The notes beneath the pieces are model-generated. The model was not told the origin of the DNA. It ran no database searches and saw only the letters and a list, made by a program, of their open reading frames with translations. The translations under genes and the position numbers were made by a program. A DNA stretch of 64,000 nucleotides, taken from NCBI GenBank assembly GCA_963788605.1, contig CAWBHD010000015.1:26739-90738 (forward strand), read 5' to 3'. Below, piece after piece: positions 44,042-52,891 of the stretch. The DNA is from an uncultured Acidobacteriota bacterium (GTDB taxonomy: Bacteria; Acidobacteriota; Terriglobia; Terriglobales; Acidobacteriaceae). Every line of letters begins with the position of its first letter. Position 1 is the stretch's first letter.

Positions 44042-44482
44042 TAGATGCCCAGATCGTCGAGCGTCTTCTCATCCTCTGGCGTGAACGCCTGCTCTTCGAT
44101 CTCCTTGCGGTACGCCTCCAGGTTCCGGACTTCCAGATAGGTCAGGTTGCCGAGTCACCGCCACTTCGCCCTTGATCTGCGCTGCGTCGCGCAGCAGTTG
44201 CGGCATCAGCAGCCGTCCCTGGCCGTCCATTTCGACCACCTGCCCCCAGTAGTTCACCCGGTCCAGAAACTTCTTCTTCGTAGGATTGAAGGTGGAGAGC
44301 GCGGCCAGCTTCTGCTCGATCCGCTCCCATTCCTCGAAGGGATACACTTGAGCAACCTTCCCATCCAAGCTGGTGATGTAAAATTGCGTGCCGTACTTCT
44401 CGTCGATCACGCGCTTGAATTCCGCGGGGACCTTGAGCCGTCCCTTTTCGTCGACGCGAGTTGGGTGATTGCCGCGAAACAT
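44041..44482 (-). pseudogene. mraZ: transcriptional regulator MraZ; one frame shift as assembled
   Basis: ORF 44069..44482 starts MFRGNHPTRVDEKGRLKVPAEFK... The hand-read true C-terminus in another frame is ...EEQAFTPEDEKTLDDLGI with its stop at 44041-44043. Confidence 0.9.
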
Positions 44483-44667
44483 GTGTTTTGCCCTTTACCG
44501 GGGCGGAAAATCTCTTGGCAGCTACGCTGCACAGCGACGAGGGAGGTAAAAGCGGTCAAAACAGCGGTCGTTTCTGGTTCGTTCGGGCTGTTTTTGGGGG
44601 TGTCAGCTTCAAAATCCACTGGCGCCTCTCAGTTTTACCGTTTCGCCCACGACCTCTACTGCCATGA

Positions 44668-44719
44668 CCACTTTCTACCACTTTTGTCCACATCCTACGC
44701 CTAAACTGTTTGTTGTCAA
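44668..44719 (-). promoter_or_regulatory. candidate dcw promoter (TTGACA-16 nt-TAGGAT) followed by three GTGG boxes at 10-bp spacing (MraZ-box-like)
   Basis: The minus strand reads TTGACAacaaacagtttaggcgTAGGATGTGGacaaaaGTGGtagaaaGTGGtcatgg. Plus-strand CCAC is at 44668-71, 44678-81 and 44688-91. The -10 is at 44692-44697 and the -35 at 44714-44719. The site lies about 190-240 nt upstream of the mraZ ATG. Confidence 0.5.
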
Positions 44720-44969
44720 CAATAAAGTTATAGGTCATGAGCGGGATAGAGAGTCTCGCTCTGGAAACCGCGAGAAGTTGTGGCTAACTGATTAGGTGAC
44801 CACAACAGGATGGGTTTAGAGACTAGGTTCCGGCCCGGTCAATTTTCGAAACTTTGTGCTTGCTTCTTGAATGGCGTAGGAAATCCTGTGGAAATCTTAT
44901 TTCCAAAACAGGAAGGGTCAGCCTCTGGCGTTGCTCAAGGCTTGGTTGCAGCCAGTCGTCCGCGACGGC

Positions 44970-47900
44970 TTACCAGATAATTTTCGCTCCCAACTGAATG
45001 TGCCGCGACCCGCCCGAGCCGATCACGGGGTTTGCCGCCGCCACGTCAGGCGTAAAAACCACAGTTCCTACGGTGTTCGGACTGGACAGATCCGTGTTCA
45101 TGGTGGGCGTGTCGAAATTGGAGTGGTTCAGGATGTTGAAAAACTCGCCACGAATTTGCATGCTGACGTGCTCATGCAGTCGCCAGACCTTAGAGATGGA
45201 AAAATCCCAGTTTCTGAACGATGGACCGCGGAAGATGTTTCGCCCCATGTTCCCAAACTGCCCGTACTCCGGCGGCGTAATAATTGTGTTGCCGGAGACA
45301 AAGCATCCGAAGGTTTGCAACTGGCTAAGACTGGCATAGGGAAGACATGCCGAGTTACCGGGTAGCGGATTTCCGTCTGCATCTGAAAACGGAAAGTAAG
45401 GGAGCGGATTCTTGGGCGACCAATGAATGTTAGTCGGACTGCCAACCATGTTCCAGCGGTCGTTGAACTCACCGGTCAGGCTGATGTCATCGTTGAAATC
45501 CCCGAGGGTGTAGGGCAGGCCGCCCTCCAGCATGGCGACGGTGGTAACCTGCCAACCTTCCAGCATTTGCCCCTTTGACTTCACCGAAGGCAGGTTATAA
45601 GTTGCGGCGAGGGTGAAGCGGTTGCGGATATCGTAATCGCCATTTCCACGGTCAGCGGCATAGTCCAGGCTGTTCGGCGGGACGCCCGCAAGGTTGCTGG
45701 TTGCGGTGTCGATGGCGTGCGCATAGGTGTATCCCGCGATTAGATACAGGCCATGGGAATAGCGTTTGGTGAGGGTGACCTGGAGCGAGTTGTAGCTCGA
45801 AGTCGATTGGTTGCTCAAGTAATTCAGATTTCCAATATACGGATAGCAAGGCCCTCCCAAGCCTAATCCGCCCTGGGCAACGGGACAGTTAGCATTCAGA
45901 GGACGTCCGGTTTCTTCGCAATTGCCGCAATCGGCCTCTAACGGTGAGTTGGGGTCTACCTGGTTGATGTCAGTGTTGCTGTACAGTTTGACGCCATGAT
46001 TCGCGACATAGGCGATCTGCAGCAGCGTGCTCGGCGTCAAGGCTTGCTGGACATTAATGTTCCAGTTCGCTACATAGGGAGTCTTGATGTGCTGGTTCAC
46101 GCCAAATATGGTGCACTGATTGTCGATGGAGCAAGTACTGTCTGCGGCAGAGGGAAATATCGTCTTTGTTGGATCGGTTCCCCAATTGATGAGGTCGGAG
46201 TTGCTTGAAATATTCAAGTACGAATTGATGGTACCGTTTCCCGGAGTGACCCCAAGCGCCCCAGTTGTAGGATTCAGATTCAACCCACCGCCGTTGAACA
46301 TGAATGTGCGGATGGAAGGCTGCTCATAAATGATGCCTCCAGAGGCGCGGAGCACCGTCTTACCGGTTCCAAACACATCCCAAGCCAGTCCCACGCGGGG
46401 AGAAACGTTGTTATAGTTCGTGCCATAGGGTGAGCTTATTCCTCGTCCCACCTGAACAATTCCCGATGAGGGTACATAGTTAGCGAGAAGGTTTCGCGAG
46501 TCCTGCAGCGGTGTTGTAACGTCGTAGCGGAGGCCGAGATTCAGCGTAAGCCGGGGCAGGACGCGGTAATCGTCCTGAACGAAAAAGCCGAACCCTTTCA
46601 TGTTCACATTGCGGGCAGCGTCTCCATACAACAGCCGCCAGCGGCGCACGTCGCCGGCAAAGAAATTCTCCAGATCGCTGAAATCGATGCGGCCGCGGCC
46701 GTATCCCGCCCGCAAATAATCCACGGTGCCGTGGCGAAATTCTCCGCCGAAACGGATTGCATGCTTCCCTGCGGTATAGGAAACGGTGTCGGAAAAATTC
46801 AGGGTCTTAGTCGGCGTCGTGAGCAGGGGCCAACTCGAGTTCCCTCCCATGTAGTTGAAATTGCTGCTACCCGGATTGATCCTGGGAAAGCCGAAGAGCT
46901 CAGGATTCGTGACTCCCGTGTTCAGGCCATAAGAAATGGGATTCACGTTGTGATCAAGCGGCTGAATCGCTTCGTTGAAACTGTTGTAGCTGAAACGAGC
47001 CTGATTGATCCAGCGCGAGTTCGGCGTCCATGTCCAGCTCACACCAAACACCTGGGTTATGGGGCTGGTGGTCGACAGCCAATCGGGACGAAGGGGGAAG
47101 GCATCTTCCTCCACCTGATTCGTGTTGCTATAGATGAATCGCGCACTCAGCTGGTGATGCTGGTTGAGGTTGTAGTCCGTTTTGGCAATAAGGTTATCGC
47201 TTCGGTTGGTGTTATTGAAGTCGAAGTCAATCGCCGCGGGGTCAGTTTGGGACGCGGTGAAGCCGGGATTATAAAGCAGCAGTTGATGGGCGAGCTGCAC
47301 ACTGAGTGCGTTGCAATCTGGCTGGCATCCTGCGATCGCGTCCACAATACTGAAGTCGGCCGGAACCGTGTCCGCCGGTAGCCGGCTGGCTTGCGGAATC
47401 AGTGACACGGTCACCGGGCTGTCCACGACGCCAGGATTTCCCACGTGATCTCGAATGCCCTCGTAATTCACAAAGTAAAACCACTTATCTTTCTTGATGG
47501 GACCGCCAAGGGAGGCTCCGAACTGATGCATGACCAGCGCGGAAAGTGGGGAGGGAGCAGGGTTGAAGTAGTTGCGGGCATCGACAGCACTGTTGCGCGC
47601 AAAGTAGTACGCAGTGCCGTGTATTTGGTCTGTGCCCGACTTTAAACCGATATTCATGACCACGCCGGGCTTGACTCCAAAGTCAGCGGCGGGCGCCTCC
47701 TGCGTGTTGAATTCCTGGATCGCGTCCAGAGGGAGAATGCTGGCTGGCGTGCCTTGGATACCAGCGTCGTTGACGACCGTTTCTCCATAGTAGATGTCGT
47801 TGTCATCGGCGCCGTCGATGTAGAAATTGTTGTCGTCGGGACGGTTGCCGTTGGAAGTCACGGAGTGAAAGCCGCCGCCGGGCGTACGCTGCACTCCAGG

Positions 47901-48380
47901 ATGGAGTGGTAGCAGGTTTTGAAAGTCGCGGCCCTGCAGCGGCAACTCATTGATGGCCTTGTTCGATAGCACGCCATTCAAAGTGCTGTCGGTGGTATCG
48001 ACCAGGGTTGCATCGGCAGTCACTTCCACCGTCTCGCTCACGGCCCCAGGTTGCAGGCGCAAGTCCACGCGCGCATCTCGGGACACTTCCAGGACAAAAG
48101 GCGTGCTCTCTGTCTTCTTGAATCCGGGTGCTTCGGCGGACACCTTGTAGGTTCCCGGCGCGAGGTCGGGTGCGACATAGTCACCCGCGTGGTTGCTGAC
48201 AAGATTTCGCGTGACGTTGGTCGCTGTGTTCGTGACAGCGATTTTGGCGCCGGCCACCATCGCGCCGGAGGCATCGGTTATGGTTCCAAGAACTCGCCCT
48301 TGATCGGATTGTGCCAGCGAGACAACAACAGCGCTTAGCATTAATGCGGTAATCATGAAACCGCCGCGGAAGAATTTCAT
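44970..48380 (-). CDS. TonB-dependent outer-membrane receptor with N-terminal carboxypeptidase-regulatory-like domain (paralog of 4616..7909)
   Basis: Intact 1136-aa ORF with signal peptide MKFFRGGFMITALMLSAVVVSLAQ. The CarboxypepD_reg start is GRVLGTITDASGAMVAGAKIAV. The C-terminus is ...QLGAKIIW. Confidence 0.9.
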   Translation of the reverse strand: MKFFRGGFMITALMLSAVVVSLAQSDQGRVLGTITDASGAMVAGAKIAVTNTATNVTRNLVSNHAGDYVAPDLAPGTYKVSAEAPGFKKTESTPFVLEVSRDARVDLRLQPGAVSETVEVTADATLVDTTDSTLNGVLSNKAINELPLQGRDFQNLLPLHPGVQRTPGGGFHSVTSNGNRPDDNNFYIDGADDNDIYYGETVVNDAGIQGTPASILPLDAIQEFNTQEAPAADFGVKPGVVMNIGLKSGTDQIHGTAYYFARNSAVDARNYFNPAPSPLSALVMHQFGASLGGPIKKDKWFYFVNYEGIRDHVGNPGVVDSPVTVSLIPQASRLPADTVPADFSIVDAIAGCQPDCNALSVQLAHQLLLYNPGFTASQTDPAAIDFDFNNTNRSDNLIAKTDYNLNQHHQLSARFIYSNTNQVEEDAFPLRPDWLSTTSPITQVFGVSWTWTPNSRWINQARFSYNSFNEAIQPLDHNVNPISYGLNTGVTNPELFGFPRINPGSSNFNYMGGNSSWPLLTTPTKTLNFSDTVSYTAGKHAIRFGGEFRHGTVDYLRAGYGRGRIDFSDLENFFAGDVRRWRLLYGDAARNVNMKGFGFFVQDDYRVLPRLTLNLGLRYDVTTPLQDSRNLLANYVPSSGIVQVGRGISSPYGTNYNNVSPRVGLAWDVFGTGKTVLRASGGIIYEQPSIRTFMFNGGGLNLNPTTGALGVTPGNGTINSYLNISSNSDLINWGTDPTKTIFPSAADSTCSIDNQCTIFGVNQHIKTPYVANWNINVQQALTPSTLLQIAYVANHGVKLYSNTDINQVDPNSPLEADCGNCEETGRPLNANCPVAQGGLGLGGPCYPYIGNLNYLSNQSTSSYNSLQVTLTKRYSHGLYLIAGYTYAHAIDTATSNLAGVPPNSLDYAADRGNGDYDIRNRFTLAATYNLPSVKSKGQMLEGWQVTTVAMLEGGLPYTLGDFNDDISLTGEFNDRWNMVGSPTNIHWSPKNPLPYFPFSDADGNPLPGNSACLPYASLSQLQTFGCFVSGNTIITPPEYGQFGNMGRNIFRGPSFRNWDFSISKVWRLHEHVSMQIRGEFFNILNHSNFDTPTMNTDLSSPNTVGTVVFTPDVAAANPVIGSGGSRHIQLGAKIIW

Positions 48381-48429
48381 GGGGCTCCTCGTTCCTGGAA
48401 TACAGCGCTAAACGCGGGATCCGATTCGC

Positions 48430-48444
48430 GATAACCAGCACGAT
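48430..48444 (-). promoter_or_regulatory. 15-mer GATAACCAGCACGAT shared with the upstream region of TonB receptor 1
   Basis: 14/15 identical to 8016-8030. It lies 50-64 nt upstream of the ATG at 48380. Confidence 0.4.
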
Positions 48445-48698
48445 CAGACCTCACCACGTTCTCTGTCAAAAGTTAGTTTCGGTTCACCCGGGTGGGGGGT
48501 ATGGATCAGAGACCGGATTCGAGCTTGCCGGAATCGACCATGCAGGCAATCTGTTCGAGATTGCCGTCCAGCGTCGAAGACGGGAAGAGGTTCATGGTCG
48601 GCGATTCGAAGTGAAAGTGCTCAGACGGCGGAAGTTTGTCAAAGATGATGACGGAAGTCAACCACGAACTTCCTGTAACCCGAGCTCATTTACAAAAC

Positions 48699-49703
48699 CT
48701 AATAAACGGCGCCATCGGATTGCGTCGAGTGAATTACTCCCCGCTCGACCGAGAGCGAGTAAGACGTGCCGCCAGATCCAGCCCACGAGGAAAGATCAAA
48801 ATGCCCACCCGTCGGAATCCGATAAACGGAGATGCTCCTGAAGGTCAAGGGAACGTTCCTCTGGCAAACGTCCGGTTTCTGCGTGGGACGCAGGAAGTAT
48901 GCACCGCGGCCTGATCCGACCACCAACGCCTTGCCATCCGCTTCCACCAGCACCGCGGACTTCTCATCAATCGCGACCTCGCGCGGTGCTTTCGACCATC
49001 CGTCCTGGATAATGCGCGCCAGGAAAACCAGCGTGCGGCCCATGCGATCGCGTTTGGCGAAGTGACTATCAGTCAGGGTGTCTTCCAGTTGAGGGATCTT
49101 CAGAAAGTCACGCACGACCGTGACCTGATTATGGTAGGGATTGGGCAAGGCTTCTTTGGAATGAAGCTCGCTGTCATCGGGATCGTTCAATGCGCCATAT
49201 GCGAATTCCCCCTGAACGGCCAGCCCGGCGCTGGTGCCGCCGATGGGCTTTCCGGCCGCGACATGCTGGTTGAGTGCATCGTTCACCGGGGTTCCCCGCC
49301 AGAAATGGATGTAATTGGCCTGATCGCCGCCCGCAATAAACACCGCTTCCGCGTTGCGGATAATGCCGGCGACGGCGGGGTCTTGCGCGGCGTCGCGATC
49401 GGGAATGATGAGCGTAGCCACCGAATTGGCTTTGCAGAGGCCGTTTACATAGGAGTTGTAGTCGTCGTCGCCGTGCGCGCGAAGGATCAGAAAGTCTCCG
49501 CCATTGGCCTTGGCACACAGCCAACGGAATGCTTCATCGAGATCGTCGCCACCACCCATCATGGCAATCCCGAAGGCTGGCTTGGTTTGGACGTCGTCCT
49601 TTTGTCCAATTCGGATGTACTTGTAGGCCGCTCCCTGGCTTGCTCCGCAGAACAAGACCAGGATTAACGGAACGGAGAAGATACGAAGAAATTTGCTGGA
49701 CAT
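48699..49703 (-). CDS. peptidase S51 family protein (cyanophycinase-like), secreted
   Basis: ORF 48699..49775. ATG 49703 gives the signal peptide MSSKFLRIFSVPLILVLFCGASQGAAY. S51-like blocks are AVFIAGGDQANY and IGGTSAGLAV. Confidence 0.8.
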   Translation of the reverse strand: MSSKFLRIFSVPLILVLFCGASQGAAYKYIRIGQKDDVQTKPAFGIAMMGGGDDLDEAFRWLCAKANGGDFLILRAHGDDDYNSYVNGLCKANSVATLIIPDRDAAQDPAVAGIIRNAEAVFIAGGDQANYIHFWRGTPVNDALNQHVAAGKPIGGTSAGLAVQGEFAYGALNDPDDSELHSKEALPNPYHNQVTVVRDFLKIPQLEDTLTDSHFAKRDRMGRTLVFLARIIQDGWSKAPREVAIDEKSAVLVEADGKALVVGSGRGAYFLRPTQKPDVCQRNVPLTFRSISVYRIPTGGHFDLSSWAGSGGTSYSLSVERGVIHSTQSDGAVY

Positions 49704-49766
49704 GTCCGCGCAACAATATATCGTAAATATTGCCGTCCTCTTGAGATTATGTGAAGTGCCGTTCGA

Positions 49767-50288
49767 ATGGTTCATCGAATTGAGTTCGAACAGTGGATAC
49801 CCGTCCCGATCGGGAAAGTCTTCCTGTTCTTTGCCACACCCAACAATCTGCCGCGCATTATGCCGCCCGAGACGGGCACCGTACTGGATGCGTTAAGGCT
49901 GGTTCCGCCTCCTCTTAATCCTGGCGAACGGTCAGCAGGGCTGAATGGCAATCTGCTGGCCGGCGCTGGTTCGGAGATCGTGACCTCCTTCCGTCCTGTT
50001 CCTTTCCTTCCCTTCCGCGCGCGATGGATTGCCTTGATTACCGAATTCGAATGGAACCATCATTTCGCCGACATACAGAAGAAAGGCCCGTTCAAGCGAT
50101 TCCAACATCGCCACGAGTTTTCAGCGGGAACGGGAACCGCAGGCAGTGGAACGATCGTCCGCGATGTCATCGAGTACGATGCCGGTTTCGGAGTGCTAGG
50201 CGGCCTGGCAAACAGGCTTTTCATCGCGTCCAGCCTGAAGCAAACATTCGAATACCGGCAGAAGATGCTCGAAAAACTGCTGGCCTAA
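49767..50288 (+). CDS. SRPBCC (START/cyclase-dehydrase-like) family protein
   Basis: 173-aa ORF with the N-terminal pattern IEFEQWIPVPIGKVFLFFATPNNLPRIMPP, typical of the family. Confidence 0.7.
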   Translation: MVHRIEFEQWIPVPIGKVFLFFATPNNLPRIMPPETGTVLDALRLVPPPLNPGERSAGLNGNLLAGAGSEIVTSFRPVPFLPFRARWIALITEFEWNHHFADIQKKGPFKRFQHRHEFSAGTGTAGSGTIVRDVIEYDAGFGVLGGLANRLFIASSLKQTFEYRQKMLEKLLA

Positions 50289-50359
50289 GCACGCCCCGGT
50301 GGTACACTCGCGCCGTTGTCTCCTATACCGGTTGGAAAATCCACTAGTGGAGGTGGCGC

Positions 50360-50785
50360 ATGAATCTGAACCGCAGTCGGATTTGGCTGGGAGGCTTGGC
50401 CGGAGGTGTGGTCTGGTTGATCTGGAGCTTCTTGTCTGGACGTCTGATCATTGGGGATGAGCGCTACGTGGCCGCGCAGAACGCCGGCCTGTTTCTGAAG
50501 GAAGCGCGCTACCCGTTCTTTTTGGGGCAGTGGATTGTGATCCTGTTCGTGCTGGCGATCATTGTGTCGCATCTGTATGCCTGGTCACGCCAGACTCTCG
50601 GCGCAGGTCCCGGAACCGCGCTGAAAGTCGGATTCCTCGTGGGATTCGCCGCAGGCTTTCCCGGGAACTTCGCCCAAGCCTGCTGGTCCCCCGTGGAGCG
50701 GATCTTCCCGCTGGGCTGGATGCTGGATATGTGGGTGGGTTCGATTCTGGCGGCGCTGGTCGCAGGTTGGCTCTACAAAGATTGA
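50360..50785 (+). CDS. small integral membrane protein (about 4 TM), function unknown
   Basis: 141-aa ORF with hydrophobic segments WLGGLAGGVVWLIWSFL, WIVILFVLAIIVSHLY, VGFLVGFAAGFPG and VGSILAALVAGWL. Confidence 0.7.
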   Translation: MNLNRSRIWLGGLAGGVVWLIWSFLSGRLIIGDERYVAAQNAGLFLKEARYPFFLGQWIVILFVLAIIVSHLYAWSRQTLGAGPGTALKVGFLVGFAAGFPGNFAQACWSPVERIFPLGWMLDMWVGSILAALVAGWLYKD

Positions 50786-50819
50786 TTACAGCTTGCCTGG
50801 AGGCGGGCGCCTCGCCCGC

Positions 50820-51185
50820 CTATTTCATCGGCTCCACAAATACCGCGGTGCCATACGCCAGCACCTCGGTGACGCCCTGCATGATTTCAGTGGCGTCGTA
50901 ACGCGCGCCCACGACCGCATTTCCACCCAGTTCAGCGGCGTGCTTCAGCATCAGGTCAAAAGCGTCGGCGCGGGTCTTTTCGCAGAGATTAGTCAGCAGA
51001 GTGATATTGCCGCCCAGGATGGTTTGCAATCCCGCCCCAATCGTGCCGAAGATGGAGCGTGAGCGAACCACGATGCCGCGCACCACTCCCAGACTGCGAA
51101 CCACGCGAAATCCATCCAATTCGAATTGTGTGGTCACCATACTGTGGGCGACCATCCGGCCCGGAGCACTGTAGCTCATGCCCAT
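50820..51185 (-). CDS. YbjQ/UPF0145 family protein
   Basis: 121-aa ORF with [27 protein letters not shown]...[23 protein letters not shown], typical of YbjQ. The start may be an internal Met. Confidence 0.8.
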   Translation of the reverse strand: MGMSYSAPGRMVAHSMVTTQFELDGFRVVRSLGVVRGIVVRSRSIFGTIGAGLQTILGGNITLLTNLCEKTRADAFDLMLKHAAELGGNAVVGARYDATEIMQGVTEVLAYGTAVFVEPMK

Positions 51186-51247
51186 TGCGTTCGTCCTCTC
51201 TTCCCGATGTCAGCTGGGTCTAATCCCAGCTGCCGTTCCGCACTACG

Positions 51248-51427
51248 CTATTCCAATTCCGCCGTAATCACAAATTCGTGCTCGACGGGTTCGTATTCAA
51301 TGCGAAGCACGTTCGCCTTGCAGCAGACCTGGCAGTCTTCTACATAAGACTGACGGCGACCAGCCGATTCATCCACCGTCGTCTGGTTGTACTCTCCGCA
51401 TCCCGCGCATTGAAATCTGGCTTCCAT
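51248..51427 (-). CDS. CPXCG-type cysteine-rich zinc-ribbon mini-protein (59 aa)
   Basis: Below the ORF-track size cut-off. The hand translation is MEARFQCAGCGEYNQTTVDESAGRRQSYVEDCQVCCKANVLRIEYEPVEHEFVITAELE. The CxxCG...EDCQVCC pattern matches the CPXCG family. Confidence 0.65.
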   Translation of the reverse strand: MEARFQCAGCGEYNQTTVDESAGRRQSYVEDCQVCCKANVLRIEYEPVEHEFVITAELE

Positions 51428-51590
51428 GCCACCATTCTAGGCTTTAACTGCGCGTTGATTCGCTCCGGCCACGCATTGACTGATCATCTGTGCGGGGAGC
51501 AAGCGCTCCCCGCTTTTTATTGTTCGCGGCGAGGATAAAGCGGAAGCAAAGCACCTATAATGTCCGGCTTACCAGATTGCTGGAGGCTGA

Positions 51591-52884
51591 ATGATTTCCC
51601 GACGCCGTTTTGTGCAACTGGGGACAGTAACTGGCGCTGCGATAGGCGCAAGCTCGCTCGCGCGAGCGCGATGCCGCAACATCACAATCGCTCCTGCCGA
51701 CATCCATCTCCTCTTTGAAGTCGATGAAGGATCAAGCGAAGCCCATCACGCTGGAGGAACGGCGCGAACGCCAGCAGAAGGCCCGCCGTCTGATGGCAGG
51801 CGAATCGCATCGATGCGCTCCTGCTGATGGAAGGAACCTCGCTCAACTATTTCACCGGCATTCGCTGGTGGGGTGGAGAGCGGCTGTTCGCCATGGTGCT
51901 CCCGGTCAAGGGGGAAGCGTTCTATGTGTGCCCGGCCTTCGAGGAAGGACGCGCCCGTGAGCAACTCGCAAAGGCCCCGGACGGCGGGCAGCCAGACGTG
52001 CGTACCTGGCAGGAAGATGACAACCCGTATCAACGGCTGACTCAAGGATTAAAAGATCACGCGATCTCCGCCGGAACGTTGGGCCTTGAAGAATCCGTCC
52101 GCTTTGTCTTCAGCAATGAGATTGCCAAGTCTGCATCGCAAGTGAATATCGTCAGCGGCACACCGGTTACCGCCGGTTGCCGGATGGTGAAGAGCAATCA
52201 TGAAATCGAATTGATGCGGTTGGCCAACAACGTCACGCTGACTGCATATGAAGCTGCTTACCGTGCGCTGAGAGAAGGTATGACGCAGAATGAATTCGAA
52301 GCTCTGATCGACGCGGCCTACCTACAGTTGGGGTTCCCTGGAGAAGCCAGCGTTCAGGTCGGGGCATATTCACTGCGCTGCCTCATGGTTCCGTCGCCCC
52401 CCAGGTGATTCGCGAAGGCGCCATTGTGATGGTGGACGATGGCTGCACCGTCGAAGGCTACCAGTCTGACATCACGCGCACCTTCGTGCTGGGCAAGCCA
52501 TCCGACAAGATGAAGAAAGTATTCGACATCGTGCATCAGGCGCAAACCGCCGCGTTGAAGACAGCCCGCGCGGGTCTGGAATGTCAGGCGGTGGACGCAG
52601 CTGCCCGAAAGGTGATTATCGACGCCGGCTACGGCCCGGACTACAAATACTTCACTCATCGTGTGGGCCACGGCATTGGCATGGACGGCCATGAGTGGCC
52701 CTATCTGGTGCGAGGCAACACCACCCCGCTGGCGGCGAACATGACTTTCAGCGATGAGCCAGGAATCTACATTCCGGGCGAGTTCGGCATGCGCCTGGAG
52801 GACGACATGCACATCACGGAGAACGGTGCGGAGCTATTCACCCCACAGAGCCCGTCATTGGAGAACCCTTTTGGGACCTCGTGA
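51591..52884 (+). pseudogene. M24 family Xaa-Pro peptidase with Tat-type signal; 3 frame shifts as assembled
   Basis: ORF 51591..51827 gives MISRRRFVQLGTVTGAAIGASSLA. It continues in 51715..51960 (KSMKDQAKPITLEERRERQQKARRLM), 51827..52408 and 52405..52884 (VMVDDGCTVEGYQSDITRTF...HRVGHGIGMDGHE...SDEPGIY...RLEDD). Confidence 0.85.
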
Positions 52885-52891
52885 TCACAAT

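Noticed and set aside
48506-48661. Short minus-strand ORF downstream of the S51 peptidase gene (...VIIFDKLPPSEHFHFESPTMNLFPSSTLDGNLEQIACMVDSGKLESGL).
   Set aside because: Only a TTG or a late ATG (48595, giving 29 aa) is available, with no Shine-Dalgarno and no recognisable family. It could be a gene remnant, but it cannot be supported from sequence alone.
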